Shown: positions 1-10,565 of the stretch, one piece after another
Layout of the letters: the number at the start of each line of letters is the position of its first letter
Numbering within the stretch: the first letter of the stretch is position 1
NCBI GenBank assembly: GCA_934747255.1
Contig: CAKVGH010000001.1
Coordinates: 18,023 to 82,022, forward strand
Direction: 5' to 3'
Length of the DNA stretch: 64,000 bases
DNA from: an uncultured Clostridia bacterium
GTDB taxonomy: Bacteria > Bacillota > Clostridia > Christensenellales > UBA1242
Program-made: the position numbers and the translations under genes
The notes under the pieces: generated by a model
The model's input: the letters and a program-made list of their open reading frames with translations, nothing else
The model's database searches: none
What the model was told of the DNA's origin: nothing

Positions 1-1026
1 CAGCGACTTGCTTGGCTTTGACTTTGCCGTAGGCATAAATGGTGACAAATAGTCCTTTGAAGACTCTATTTGTGGCAAAATGTAATTTTTGAAATCACTT
101 GAAAGTTTTTGTGGAGATTGCTCGTCAATGTTATCACCAGATACTTCCTTTTGCACATTTACAAGTGATTGTTGCAATTTTTTGAGTCGTGTTTCCTTAA
201 ATAGTTGTATGATTAAAAAAACTATTCCCACAATTAGCAAAACTAACACAAATATGGTAAAGATAAATGTAAATATAGGCGAATTGTTACTATACAAACT
301 ATTTAATTTTGAGTAAAAGTCGCCCATAAACAAGCCTTTTTCCTTTGCGAATGTCAAATACACACTCATAAAGTTGTTTGTAAAGTGCATTATCATACAA
401 GGGAAAATACTATCACTAACAGAACCAACAAAGCCCATTATAATTCCAAGAATTGTAGCATAGAAAAATTGTTCTATGTTAAGGTGCATTAGTCCAAAGC
501 AAAGTGCACTAATCAAAATTGCATACTTGTAGTTTGTTTCGTTGCCGACCTTTCGCATAACAAGTCCCCTATGCAAAAATTCTTCGCAAAATCCCGGCAA
601 AACTGCCACAAATAATACCCCTAGCAAAAACTTTGGAAAAGTATCGTAGGTATAACCCGCACTACCGCTAGAATACGAATAGCCAAACATTGATAAAATT
701 GAACTAAAAAAACTTGCAATAATTATATTTAGAAAAAACATTAGCAGTCCAATAGCAAAGCAAATTAAAATTGACTTGAAATTGATTTTTTTGAAACCGA
801 AATCCTTAAAAACTTGCTTTGGTTTGCTTTTGAAAAGCCAGATAGAAAGCAAAAATGGAATGGTAAAAATCACTCCAATTTGAATAACAATAGTTGCAAC
901 ATTGCTTCTTATCATTGCGTCTTGTATCCACGAAAATGCACCCAAACTGGACGCAATTCTTACGCAAACAAAAGTAAGCAGTGCGATAAAATAAATTAAA
1001 TATGTTTTGAATATTGTTTTGTTCAT
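1..1026 (-). CDS. CPBP-family (CAAX/Abi-type) intramembrane protease; 3' end runs off the window
   Basis: Absent from the ORF track because the frame stays open to base 1. Hand translation from the ATG (revcomp of 1024..1026) gives MNKTIFKTYLIYF..., multi-TM, with CPBP motifs FCEEFLHRG, FGLMHL and MHFTNNF. Confidence 0.7.
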   Translation of the reverse strand, partial: MNKTIFKTYLIYFIALLTFVCVRIASSLGAFSWIQDAMIRSNVATIVIQIGVIFTIPFLLSIWLFKSKPKQVFKDFGFKKINFKSILICFAIGLLMFFLNIIIASFFSSILSMFGYSYSSGSAGYTYDTFPKFLLGVLFVAVLPGFCEEFLHRGLVMRKVGNETNYKYAILISALCFGLMHLNIEQFFYATILGIIMGFVGSVSDSIFPCMIMHFTNNFMSVYLTFAKEKGLFMGDFYSKLNSLYSNNSPIFTFIFTIFVLVLLIVGIVFLIIQLFKETRLKKLQQSLVNVQKEVSGDNIDEQSPQKLSSDFKNYILPQIESSKDYLSPFMPTAKSKPSKSL

Positions 1027-1036
1027 ATATGCTCTC

Positions 1037-2236
1037 TTAATTTACAAAAAATTGTGCCACTACCATAACAATCCATAAAAACGCACCGAATAGCAAACTC
1101 AAAATCAAAAATAAATCTGGCTTTTTTTGTGTGTTTGTTTGATTTATACTCTCACTTTTAGTGGTTAATGCGTTTTGTTCTACATCGCTTTGCTTTTCTT
1201 TGTTCAGTAATTTAGCATTACTATCACTTGAATTTTGAGAACTATTTTCATCTACAATGGTAATAACCTGATTTTTTTCAATTTCTTGACAATTTTTTGT
1301 TAGGCTATTTTGACTATTTTCCAAATTATTGTCTTGTTGTGGCACTATACTATCTATATTCGTTTTTTTAGCATTTTTTGACCAATTCTCAAAAGAAAAA
1401 GCCTTACATTCGCAATTTTTTGTGCATTTTTTTAATAGCACAAGCAACAAGTAAATAACGATTACGCTAACTATTGCAAGTAAAAATGGCAAAATGTGGT
1501 CAATTACTGTTGTATATGTTGTTGTGACTGGGGTTTCGGTTGTGCTTCCTTGTGCAATAAATGATAATAGTAAAATATAAAAGTTGTTGAAAAAGTGTAG
1601 TATCATCGAAGACAAAATAGAACCAGTAATTACAACCACACTGGAAAGTACCATTCCAAGAACAAATTGATAAATACTCTGCTCAATGCTCAAATGCATT
1701 ATGCAAAACATTAGTCCACTAATGACTATCGCTGTCCACTCGCCCTTTTTTCGCAAGCCATTTAGAGCAATACCCCTAAACAAACTTTCTTCACAAAAAG
1801 CAGGCATTACCGCAACAACAAATACGCTTAACAAAAACATTCCAAAATTGGATAGTTTTAGAAAACTAAAACTTGTCGAAGTATAGCCTAATTGACTCAA
1901 TACATAGCCCATATAGTCAACTAAACTGGAAAAACCATACATTGCCACCAAACCGATAGCAATTACAATAATAATCTGTAAAAAATTGAGATTAAATTTA
2001 ACTCTGCACGCAGATTTTATATTAGTTTTTGTAATCTTATTATAGACCAAAAAACAGCCTAAAAATACCAACTGATTTATAGACAATGCCACATAGTAGT
2101 AAGTAGTATCATCTATTGCAGGAAAAAATCCTTTCAATAGCATTACTGCCACCGAGCCAATCAAAAGTGGTGCTACAAGCGACATTAAAAATGCTATCGA
2201 ACTATCTTTTGAATTGTATTCTAACCTTGTGCCCAT
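1037..2236 (-). CDS. CPBP-family intramembrane protease paralog with a long polar N/Q/S-rich tail and a C-terminal TM helix
   Basis: Motifs FCEESLFRG, FCIMHLSIEQ and ILHFFNNF. Start refined to MGTRLEY (ATG at 2236) because AAGGAGA lies just upstream. Confidence 0.7.
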   Translation of the reverse strand: MGTRLEYNSKDSSIAFLMSLVAPLLIGSVAVMLLKGFFPAIDDTTYYYVALSINQLVFLGCFLVYNKITKTNIKSACRVKFNLNFLQIIIVIAIGLVAMYGFSSLVDYMGYVLSQLGYTSTSFSFLKLSNFGMFLLSVFVVAVMPAFCEESLFRGIALNGLRKKGEWTAIVISGLMFCIMHLSIEQSIYQFVLGMVLSSVVVITGSILSSMILHFFNNFYILLLSFIAQGSTTETPVTTTYTTVIDHILPFLLAIVSVIVIYLLLVLLKKCTKNCECKAFSFENWSKNAKKTNIDSIVPQQDNNLENSQNSLTKNCQEIEKNQVITIVDENSSQNSSDSNAKLLNKEKQSDVEQNALTTKSESINQTNTQKKPDLFLILSLLFGAFLWIVMVVAQFFVN

Positions 2237-2412
2237 ATTATCTCCTTGACAATGTTTTATCTTATTTGCAAAAAACAATTAGTTGATTAACAAATCATAC
2301 CTATAAAATTATCTTTAATAATATATAATAATTTTAGTAATTATAACTTAATATCTTTATTATTGCAATAAAATTAAAATAAAAATCAGTGCTAATGCAC
2401 TGACTTAAAAAA

Positions 2413-2586
2413 CTATCTGTTTCTTTTTCTAGCTTCTTCGGACTTTAATTTTTTCTTAACGCTTGGTTTTTGATATGCTTCTTTTTTTCTTAAATCTCCG
2501 ATGATGCCGTCTTTTTGACATTTACGCTTAAATCTTTTGATTGCGCTATCAACTGATTCGTTTTCGCCAACTCTTACTAAACTCAA
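2413..2586 (-). CDS. rpsU: 30S ribosomal protein S21
   Basis: [27 protein letters not shown]...[16 protein letters not shown] is the canonical S21 sequence. The likely start is TTG at 2586, after AAGGTGGTG; the track start is GTG at 2598. Confidence 0.85.
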   Translation of the reverse strand: MSLVRVGENESVDSAIKRFKRKCQKDGIIGDLRKKEAYQKPSVKKKLKSEEARKRNR

Positions 2587-2961
2587 CTTACTCACCACCT
2601 TGTTTTATAATTTCAAGCACGATTATATCTAAAAAGCATTATTTTGTCAATGCTTTTGGGTCAATTTGCTTAAAAATTTGCACATTAAATTTTTAATGAA
2701 AAATAAAATTGTTTTATAACATATTTGTCGAGTTTTAATAGTAATTTTTGATAAACAATGCTTTTACTCTCTTTTAAGTTATTTAAGCCGAAAAACCTAA
2801 TAAAAACTCTAATTACTTCGGTATAATGTTTGTAAAAAAATGTGCATTTTTGCTAAAAAATAACATTAGTTATAACTTTTTAACTACTTTTGCAAAATGG
2901 GGTTTTTGCTATGCCAAAAGATGTATAATGTGCTTGTAAAAATTATGTAAGGAGAAAAATT

Positions 2962-3360
2962 ATGAGTAGAAATTCACAGGCAAAAGCCTTAATTAAAGAA
3001 CTTGCAATGCAAGCAAAGGAAAGATTAAAAAATTCAAATTATTCGCAAATTGATGGAAGTTTTGGTTACAAAAAGCCATTTGATAGACGAAATTATAAAG
3101 TCCTATCAAAAATGGATTGCAAAAAGCCAGATATTACAATAAAAATTATTAACGATACCGTAGATGAAGAAAATTTTAACCGTAGAGTATACGCTCTTTT
3201 ACAAGAAAACGAAGATATTTCTAACCCACTTAACAAATTGATTGATAAGGAAGCATTTGATTCTTTTAGTGAATTTGAACAGGAAAAGTACATTTTGGAA
3301 CTTGCCGACAAATACACCAAAGCAAGAGAAAACTATCTGCAACAATCATCAGGTTGTTAA
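2962..3360 (+). CDS. hypothetical small charged protein
   Basis: AAGGAGAAAAATT-ATG RBS. No recognisable family. Confidence 0.4.
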   Translation: MSRNSQAKALIKELAMQAKERLKNSNYSQIDGSFGYKKPFDRRNYKVLSKMDCKKPDITIKIINDTVDEENFNRRVYALLQENEDISNPLNKLIDKEAFDSFSEFEQEKYILELADKYTKARENYLQQSSGC

Positions 3361-3913
3361 ATTTTTTTGGTTAAAAATTTTTATTAGGATTATCTCTAAA
3401 AAATTTTCCAAATAACAATTGGTTTTTAATAAATTTATCAGCAAGCAAATTGTTTTTAACTACTAAAAAATAACAATTAAAACCACTCAACGCTAAATCA
3501 ATTTTCAAAAGGTTTTATTCACCCCACCCGCAACAATAACCAACATTTTACACAAAAAAGACACTTAATACAAAGTGCCTTTTTTGTTAAAATATTTTTA
3601 GTAATTTTTTGTATATTCAAATGAATATAAAATTGATTTTTTACTCATTTATTTTTTTACCCAATTTTTATAAGTTACAATATTTCTTACTTATACTATC
3701 TTTTCCAAACTGTCTTTTAATAATTTGTAAAGCATAATCTTTAATGTGATTATTTCGTAATGAAGACGCACATAAATCTTGCAAAAATATTGGTTTAATA
3801 TTGTTGTAAATTTTGCATATCAACAACAATTATATTCTTCATACAGTTTCCAGCCTTTTTTAATTTCGCTAAAAATAAAAAACCAAACTCAAAATTAGGG
3901 TTTGGTCTTTGTT

Positions 3914-3996
3914 TGGTGCGGATGAAGGGACTTGAACCCCCAAGGTTTCCCGCTAGATCCTAAGTCTAGTGCGTCTGCCAATTTCGCCACATCCGC
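3914..3996 (-). tRNA. tRNA-Leu(UAG), CCA encoded
   Basis: Hand-folded cloverleaf: GCGGATG acceptor, anticodon loop CTTAGGA, long variable arm, GGTTCAAGTCC T-arm. Confidence 0.85.
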
Positions 3997-4042
3997 ATAA
4001 AATAAATGTTCCATTCCGCAAATACTAGGGAACGGAACACTT

Positions 4043-4118
4043 TGGTGACCCATCGGGGATTCGAACCCCGGACAACCGGATTAAAAGTCAGGTGCTCTAC
4101 CAGCTGAGCTAATGAGTC
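4043..4118 (-). tRNA. tRNA-Lys(UUU), CCA encoded
   Basis: GACTCATTAGCTCAGCTGGTAGAGC..., anticodon loop ACTTTTAAT, GGTTCGAATCC T-arm. Confidence 0.85.
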
Positions 4119-4212
4119 ATAGTTGACAACTATATTATTATATTGAAATAATTTACAGTTGTCAATGTTTTTTCAAAAAAATTTCAAATAGGTGTTATAG
4201 CAATTACGCTAA

Positions 4213-4287
4213 TGGTTGGGGTGGCAAGATTTGAACTTACGCGTGAGGGAGTCAAAGTCCCTTGCCTTACCGCTTGGCTACACCCCA
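4213..4287 (-). tRNA. tRNA-Gln(UUG), CCA encoded
   Basis: TGGGGTGTAGCCAAGCGGTAAGGC..., anticodon loop CTTTGAC, AGTTCAAATCT T-arm. Confidence 0.85.
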
Positions 4288-4303
4288 TCAGGCCTATTTG
4301 AAA

Positions 4304-4380
4304 TGGTGCGTTTGAAGAGATTCGAACTCCCGACCCTCGCCTTAGAAGGGCGATGCTCTATCCAACTGAGCTACAAACGC
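4304..4380 (-). tRNA. tRNA-Arg(UCU), CCA encoded
   Basis: GCGTTTGTAGCTCAGTTGGATAGAGC..., anticodon loop CTTCTAA, AGTTCGAATCT T-arm. Confidence 0.85.
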
Positions 4381-4387
4381 ATAATAT

Positions 4388-4461
4388 TGGAGCGGGTGAT
4401 GGGAATCGGACCCACGCAGCCAGCTTGGAAGGCTGGAACTCTACCACTGAGCTACACCCGC
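4388..4461 (-). tRNA. tRNA-Gly(UCC), CCA encoded
   Basis: GCGGGTGTAGCTCAGTGGTAGAG..., anticodon loop CTTCCAA, GGTCCGATTCC T-arm. Confidence 0.85.
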
Positions 4462-4471
4462 AACGCAATTT

Positions 4472-4500
4472 AATATATCACAAAACAATCAATATGTCAA
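4472..4500 (-). promoter_or_regulatory. sigma-A-type promoter for the Gly-Arg-Gln-Lys-Leu tRNA operon
   Basis: On the minus strand: TTGACA, 17 nt, TATATT, ending 11 nt before the tRNA-Gly 5' end. Confidence 0.55.
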
Positions 4501-4662
4501 CTATAAATTTTTGAATATTAAAAAAAATTTTGAAAAATATTATTATCAAAAAGCAAAAATATTATTTGCAAATATTAAAATGCAAAGCATATCAAATCAA
4601 TGTTAAAAAAACGCTTGAAAAATCTATAATAATATGCTAAACTTTTGAAGTTTGATAAATAT

Positions 4663-4738
4663 GCTCTCGTCGTCTAGTGGCCTAGGACGCTGGCCTCTCA
4701 CGCCGGTAACACGGGTTCGAGTCCCGTCGAGAGTACCA
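4663..4738 (+). tRNA. tRNA-Glu(CUC), CCA encoded
   Basis: GCTCTCGTCGTCTAGTGGCCTAGGAC..., anticodon loop CTCTCAC, GGTTCGAGTCC T-arm, G1-U72 wobble. Confidence 0.8.
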
Positions 4739-4741
4739 AAC

Positions 4742-4796
4742 AAAAACCATCAGTGCGATAGTGCAAATTGCAATTATTCATCGCTGATGGTTTTTT
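4742..4796 (+). terminator. rho-independent terminator after tRNA-Glu
   Basis: A long hairpin (CCATCAG...CTGATGG with inner GCGAT/ATCGC pairing) followed by TTTTTT. Confidence 0.7.
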
Positions 4797-4994
4797 ATGC
4801 TTTGAAATTTTTTACGATATACATTTTTTTTATCAATTACTTTTTTACTCTTAAAAAATTGCTTTTTTTATCTAATACAAAATATGCACAAATTATTGAA
4901 ACCAAAACTATTGCTGAAATAATAACGGCACTTAAATTTGTTAAAACTCTTTCAATTAGATATTCAAGTGCTATTTTACGAAATATCAAAAAAA

Positions 4995-5573
4995 TTATTG
5001 AAAGTTCTTTTCTAGCAACATAAATGGTTTTTTGCAACTAAAATCTGTGCCTAACTTTAAGCCAAAGCTTTTTATTAGGTTTTCTAAAATTTCAAATTTT
5101 TCTTCTTTTGATTTATTTTTTATTGTTTCAAACTCTTCTACTTCAATAAAATTTCCTAGTCCCTTTACACACTGAATATTAAGACAAACTTCGCCTTTTT
5201 TTAATTCATTATTTTCGTTTACATAGTCGCACCAATTTGTAAGTCCCAAATAACTAAAAATATTTTTTGCCTTTTGAATGTCATCAATGACCAATTTTTC
5301 TTTTACTTCATCAATGACATTGCCATTATCGTCCAATTGTTTATTTTTGTAGATAATATATTTTTTATCGAGATTTTTTCCAGTAATATTTCTAATAATT
5401 ACCGAATTTTTTAACAATTCTTTGTACGATACTTTTTTTATTTCTTCCCTATCGAATGTCGTAAAGTATGTGTCGTGATTAAAATATTGTTCAATAAATT
5501 TATAGCCTAATTGTTCAAGGCATTGTTTGACTTTTTCAATATTATCATTTACTTGCACGCAAATTTCTGTCAT
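4995..5573 (-). CDS. CYTH-like (class IV adenylate cyclase / triphosphate tunnel) domain protein, possibly degenerate
   Basis: Size about 190 aa. N-terminal EICVQV stands where ExExK normally does; C-terminal GNFIEVEE motif. RBS AGGAGAAAAACT-ATG. Confidence 0.4.
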   Translation of the reverse strand: MTEICVQVNDNIEKVKQCLEQLGYKFIEQYFNHDTYFTTFDREEIKKVSYKELLKNSVIIRNITGKNLDKKYIIYKNKQLDDNGNVIDEVKEKLVIDDIQKAKNIFSYLGLTNWCDYVNENNELKKGEVCLNIQCVKGLGNFIEVEEFETIKNKSKEEKFEILENLIKSFGLKLGTDFSCKKPFMLLEKNFQ

Positions 5574-5727
5574 AGTTTTTCTCCTATTACAATAAATTTT
5601 TTTATAAAAGTATAAATTATTATTTACTGATAAAATCTAATTTTTTCTATAATTTTACTAAAAAATCATACTTTTTGCAATTTTTTCATTAAAAAATATG
5701 GCTTTTTGCCATATTTTTTTTGATTTT

Positions 5728-6918
5728 TTAGTTTTGTGTAACTGTATTGTTTTGTGATGCAACTTTTCCTAAACCACCGCTTAATGTAACATTATTGAGT
5801 GAAACAGTTGCGTACGAAACTGCCGTTTGTCCTTCCTTGTAGGTTGAAACTTCTTCAACGCCGTAGCCATTTACACTACTAAAACTTCCGCCATTAACAG
5901 TTATGTTTAATGTTTTTTTGTAGCCTACTGCTGAATCAACAATCAATGCACTACCTGTTGGTTCTGCACCATTGCCGTTATATTTTGGAGCACTATATGT
6001 TCCAGTCGCTGTAACAGTACAATTATCTAAAACATAAGTACCACTCTTTGTATAAATTCCAGAGCCACCATTAAATGTGCAATTTGTAAAAGAATAGTTT
6101 GCATTAGATGCCAAATATACACCAAGATTTTCTTCTCCGCCTTCCATTACAACATTTTGGAAAGTGAATTTTGCTCCTTCACAAGAGCCATTTGTATAAA
6201 AGCCACCATAGTAACCATAAAGTTTTACATCTTGAACAGTAATGTCCAAATTATCTTTTCCATTTGCCATTAGTCCATAATAGCAACCATCTTTATCTGT
6301 TTTAGAGCCAATCGAGCCAGTTTTTTTACTGTCTTTAACTGTTGCTTTAATACCATATTCAAAGTAAACATTAGTTTTGTTTACCAATCCATAAGTACAA
6401 AGATTTAATTCTTCTTCGATATTATGTCCATTAAGGTCAAGCACAAAATCGTATGCTCTTAAAACACTCTTTACTGTGATATCACCATTGTATGCGCCAT
6501 CTGTGTAACCTGCAATATTTTCATAAAGCACGATTTCGTTAGCCACTTCAAAAGCATTAAGTAGTTCTGCTCTTGTTCTTACAGCAAGAGAGTATGTACC
6601 ACTATTATTGACAACTCCTTCGCCAGACAACTTACCTTGCACCATAAGTGTACCATTGTTTGTAATTGTTCCAGCATTTGTTAAAGTTACATCTTGTTTG
6701 ATAGTTACTATAACATCGCTAGCAATTTCCAACTTTTCACCACTAGGAATTTCCATGTTAGATACAACTACAATATCTTTGTTGTTCGCATTTGCTAATG
6801 CACCTTTTAATTCTTCAAATGTTGTTACTTGAAGCTTTGCATTTCCACAAGCAACCAAGCAAAGTGATGACAACACTAATACAAGTATGCTTGCAAACGC
6901 AAGAAATTTCTTTTTCAT
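5728..6918 (-). CDS. secreted lipoprotein with beta-helix-like N/G/T-rich repeats
   Basis: Signal peptide plus lipobox MKKKFLAFASILVLVLSSLCLVAC-GN; repetitive NxG/TxT-rich body; GGAGG RBS. Confidence 0.55.
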   Translation of the reverse strand: MKKKFLAFASILVLVLSSLCLVACGNAKLQVTTFEELKGALANANNKDIVVVSNMEIPSGEKLEIASDVIVTIKQDVTLTNAGTITNNGTLMVQGKLSGEGVVNNSGTYSLAVRTRAELLNAFEVANEIVLYENIAGYTDGAYNGDITVKSVLRAYDFVLDLNGHNIEEELNLCTYGLVNKTNVYFEYGIKATVKDSKKTGSIGSKTDKDGCYYGLMANGKDNLDITVQDVKLYGYYGGFYTNGSCEGAKFTFQNVVMEGGEENLGVYLASNANYSFTNCTFNGGSGIYTKSGTYVLDNCTVTATGTYSAPKYNGNGAEPTGSALIVDSAVGYKKTLNITVNGGSFSSVNGYGVEEVSTYKEGQTAVSYATVSLNNVTLSGGLGKVASQNNTVTQN

Positions 6919-7094
6919 TTTTCTACCTCCATTAACCTTATTATATTTATCATATTTCCCATTGTCAAAAAAAATCCATACTTTTTTTGCATTTTCTGTC
7001 TAAATATAATTTTTATTAGTTTTCGTAGTTTTATTTTTAGTATGCAAGTTAAAAACAAAAATCATAACTTTTTAGGTTATGCTTTTTATCAAAA

Positions 7095-7526
7095 TTACAT
7101 TTCAAAAGAATTAGGGAGTAAGTCTTTCACACAAAATTCTTTATATTCTGTTAATGACTTTGCACAGATAATTTTAGAATCTGGCATAAATTCTGCCATA
7201 ACTTGCCTACACATTCCGCAAGGGTATGTAAAGTTTTTGTCATTTGATATTACCACCAGTTTTTCAAACTCCTTTTCACCATTAGATATAGCCGAAAAAA
7301 TCGCACTCCTCTCGGCACAACAACCTACCGGAAAACTTGAATTTTCAACATTAGTTCCAACAAACACCTTACCACTTTTTGTTAGTAGAACTGCTCCCAC
7401 TGGAAAATTTGAATAAGGAGAATATGAATTGTCTTTTGCTTTAATAGCCAGTTTAATTAAGTCTTCATTTGAAAAATTTTCACTTTTTTCCATATTTTTC
7501 TTTAATTTTTGCATATTTTTCTCCAT
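7095..7526 (-). CDS. cdd: cytidine deaminase (start ambiguous between 7526, 7514 and 7493)
   Basis: Zinc-ligand motifs CAERSAIF and PCGMCRQVMAEF; YSPYSNFPVGAVLL N-terminal block. Confidence 0.85.
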   Translation of the reverse strand: MEKNMQKLKKNMEKSENFSNEDLIKLAIKAKDNSYSPYSNFPVGAVLLTKSGKVFVGTNVENSSFPVGCCAERSAIFSAISNGEKEFEKLVVISNDKNFTYPCGMCRQVMAEFMPDSKIICAKSLTEYKEFCVKDLLPNSFEM

Positions 7527-7772
7527 TTTTTTTGATTTTTTATAAATTTACGCTTATATTTTATCATATAACAAAAAATTATCATAATCATAAAATCTCT
7601 CGTTTCAAAAATTTATGGCGATTTTAGAAATAATTAGGTATTGCATTCTTGCACTAAAATTAAAAAAATAGTATAATAAATATTAAGTATTTTTGTTAAT
7701 ACAAACTAATGACACAAATTTTTTATTTTGAATAATCACTTAAATTCAATATAAATACTATCAGGAGAAATT

Positions 7773-9092
7773 ATGAAAAATACAGTTACTATTACCCCAG
7801 AAAAACAAAAAACATCGCCATTGCCAAGACTTTTAACATTGTTTACACTAATTGCGATAATAGTAGTTTTTATTACTGGTATTGGAATTTTAATAGGTAT
7901 CAATGCAAACAGGAATATAAATAATATCGAAAGTGTAGAAGTAAATGTTAAGTCGGTGTTAAGCCAAGAAGACAATAATCAAATTTCTATCATTACAACC
8001 GAAAATACGGAATACATAATTTTCTCCGTAATTGGCGAACACTTAAACTTTTATGAAGTAAAGGTGCTAGAAAACAATTCCGTAAAACTATTTGTTCTAA
8101 AAAACAGCAATAATGTTTTTGGTGTTGAAAGTTCCGTTTATAATCTTGACACTCAAACTGCGTTAAAAATTGCAAGCGACGACATCAAAATAGGTATTGG
8201 TTTTCTAAGTGGCTTTGCTGTTTTGTTTATTCTTTTATTAGTATTACATATACTTAAAATCAAAAAAGTGCGTAAAACAACCGAAATTGATGTTTTGGAA
8301 AAATGTTTTAACATTCCATTTAACTCACCCGCCCGAAACAAATTTGTATTATTTGGAATGTTTCCACTACTTGCCGTGCTTGTTGGATTTATAATTGCAG
8401 TTTTAATCGAAGGCTCAAAAGATGATACAACGACAAAATTTAATATTTTGATTTGGACAACACTTGCGATATTTGTAGTATTTGCTGTATTCTGCATTGT
8501 TGGAACTATTCTTATTCAAAAAAAGACCCGAAAATTCTTTGATAAAATTTATTCTTTTAATCTCTACGAATACGAAGATGAAGTTGAAAATTCTTTTCTT
8601 GACTTACAAAATGACATTTTATTCAAGTTTGACGAAAACGGCTTTATTACCGACCACGAAAAAATGCGTGAAATTGAAAGTCAAATGTTCGAAGATATGG
8701 CACAAGAAGAAGCTGTGCAAAATCACGAAGTCGATAAAGAGATTTTCAAAAAAGCCCTTGCAAATCAGTTTGATGAAAGTATTTTGAAAGACCAAAATTT
8801 GCCCGACTTTATTCCGTACGCAGACCTAAAATTATACTTGCGAGTAGTATTTAGACCTGACGGAACGATTATGGCATACATCTTCTCCAATCTGCCACAA
8901 GAAAACCAATTTAACCTTAAAAAAGACATTATGATTGAACTATCGCCTGACTCCTATTACTATATCAAAAAATATCATATCAAGGTTGATGGACTAATAA
9001 AATTTATGAATAATCGCCCAAAGCTAATGAAAAAATATTGCAAAGGCAAACCAAATATTCAGGACTTAACTGACTCAAATGATAATTTATAA
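7773..9092 (+). CDS. hypothetical multi-pass membrane protein
   Basis: AGGAGAAATT-ATG RBS and several hydrophobic helices. No family recognised. Confidence 0.4.
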   Translation: MKNTVTITPEKQKTSPLPRLLTLFTLIAIIVVFITGIGILIGINANRNINNIESVEVNVKSVLSQEDNNQISIITTENTEYIIFSVIGEHLNFYEVKVLENNSVKLFVLKNSNNVFGVESSVYNLDTQTALKIASDDIKIGIGFLSGFAVLFILLLVLHILKIKKVRKTTEIDVLEKCFNIPFNSPARNKFVLFGMFPLLAVLVGFIIAVLIEGSKDDTTTKFNILIWTTLAIFVVFAVFCIVGTILIQKKTRKFFDKIYSFNLYEYEDEVENSFLDLQNDILFKFDENGFITDHEKMREIESQMFEDMAQEEAVQNHEVDKEIFKKALANQFDESILKDQNLPDFIPYADLKLYLRVVFRPDGTIMAYIFSNLPQENQFNLKKDIMIELSPDSYYYIKKYHIKVDGLIKFMNNRPKLMKKYCKGKPNIQDLTDSNDNL

Positions 9093-9288
9093 TATAATGG
9101 CTAAAATGCTGTAAAATGCGACTTTTAGCCTTTTTTTTATTGATTTTTTGAGATTTTTTATTAAAATATGAGATTTTTTTGAGTTTTTTATGGGATTTTT
9201 TATTTTTCTATTTACTCAATTTACACAATATAGTTTACGAAAAATTAAAAAACAACAAAAAAGCCATACCAAATTGGGTATGACTAAT

Positions 9289-9376
9289 TGGCGGAAGATA
9301 CAGGATTTGAACCTGTGGTGGATTGCTCCACACCTGTTTTCGAGACAGGCACATTCGACCACTCTGACAATCTTCC
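9289..9376 (-). tRNA. tRNA-Ser(CGA), CCA encoded
   Basis: GGAAGATTGTCAGAGTGGTCGAATG..., anticodon loop CTCGAAA, long variable arm, GGTTCAAATCC T-arm. A terminator hairpin lies at about 9258..9285. Confidence 0.85.
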
Positions 9377-9686
9377 GTGTCGCATTTGCAGTATTAAATT
9401 TTTGTAATGATAAACTCTTTATGGTGCTTGATTAAACGATATTTTGTTTAATGAAAATTAAAAGCGAACCAGTAGTTGCAAGCCAAAAAATAAATTTAAT
9501 AATCAAAGATAATTCAAAAAACATACATTGCTTAAAATATCTTTTATGAAAACTTAATGGTTATTTTTTCTTACCTGCAAATTATAATACAATTTTAGCA
9601 AAGTTGCAAGTGTTTTTTTATAATCAAAAATTTGTTAAAAAATATATTGACACGCAAGCAAAAAATGTGTATAATGATAAAGTTTT

Positions 9687-9763
9687 GGTGGAATTGGCGC
9701 AGTTGGCAGCGCACAAGTTTGTGGCACTTGGGGTCAAGAGTTCGAGCCTCTTATTCCACCCCA
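9687..9763 (+). tRNA. tRNA-His(GUG) with G-1, CCA encoded
   Basis: G-1 plus GTGGAAT acceptor pairing with ATTCCAC-C73; anticodon loop TTGTGGC. Confidence 0.85.
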
Positions 9764-9765
9764 TT

Positions 9766-9790
9766 AGCACGGCATTATGCCGTGTTTTTT
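9766..9790 (+). terminator. terminator after tRNA-His
   Basis: CACGGCA-tta-TGCCGTG hairpin followed by TTTTTT. Confidence 0.7.
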
Positions 9791-9963
9791 ATTTCACTTT
9801 TTTTATCATAAAAAAACTTTATTACCTACTACAAGTTTGATAATAAAGTTTTTTTGATTTTAATTACAGCCAGATGGAACAATGGTTTTGTTTTTGTATT
9901 ACTTTGAAAACTGCTATTTCACAGCAAAAAAATCTGGTTTATTTTTCAAATACTCATTAAATA

Positions 9964-10302
9964 TTATAATGCTTCGTACTTTGGTTGAATTTGATTTTTC
10001 TTCAATTCCTTCAAAAACAGCGGAAAATTTTTTTCCAAAGTTCTATCAACAAACTCGTGATTTGAGATAATTGTTGCCTTGCCGTCCTTGATTACGAGTT
10101 GATTAAAGTATTTTTCGTAATACCATTTGTGAGTGTCCATAGAACTCGCAATCTTCTTTAAGCCGTGTCTGTCCATAACTTTTTGAAGCGATGGAAAATA
10201 TGTTACAACGATACTTCCGTCCGGCTTTCTTTCGTGGAACGCATAAAAATCGCCAGCCCCATAATAATTTATAAAAGTTTTAATTTGTTTGTTATTAAGC
10301 AT
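9964..10302 (-). CDS. hypothetical protein (accessory, next to the integrase)
   Basis: AAGGAGAAAT RBS. No family recognised. Confidence 0.35.
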   Translation of the reverse strand: MLNNKQIKTFINYYGAGDFYAFHERKPDGSIVVTYFPSLQKVMDRHGLKKIASSMDTHKWYYEKYFNQLVIKDGKATIISNHEFVDRTLEKNFPLFLKELKKNQIQPKYEAL

Positions 10303-10565
10303 AATAATATTTCTCCTTAACTTTATTTTATCACATAAGTTTTACCAATGCAATACCAACTTAAAAAATTGTGATGATGATTTTTGTAACGCTTGTTTTG
10401 TGTTTTCTAAATTTATTTCAAATATTTTTAATATGTTTTCCAAATTAAACTATCGCTATCTTTGCCAATTTTTTTATAAAAGCACAAAACATTTAATTAA
10501 AATTTCGAAAAACCTTTTAATTGCGTTTTTGCTAAAACTCGCTTTTTTTATAAAAAACTTAAATT

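Noticed and set aside
4216-5023. Track ORFs 4216..4473(+) and 4652..5023(+), and similarly 9190..9435, 9604..9840 and 42091..42333.
   Set aside because: They read straight through hand-folded tRNA genes (Gln/Arg/Gly, Glu, Ser, His, fMet) and terminators, and have no RBS. They are spurious.
7042-7416. 124-aa ORF antisense to cdd.
   Set aside because: The cytidine deaminase zinc motifs on the minus strand settle the coding strand.
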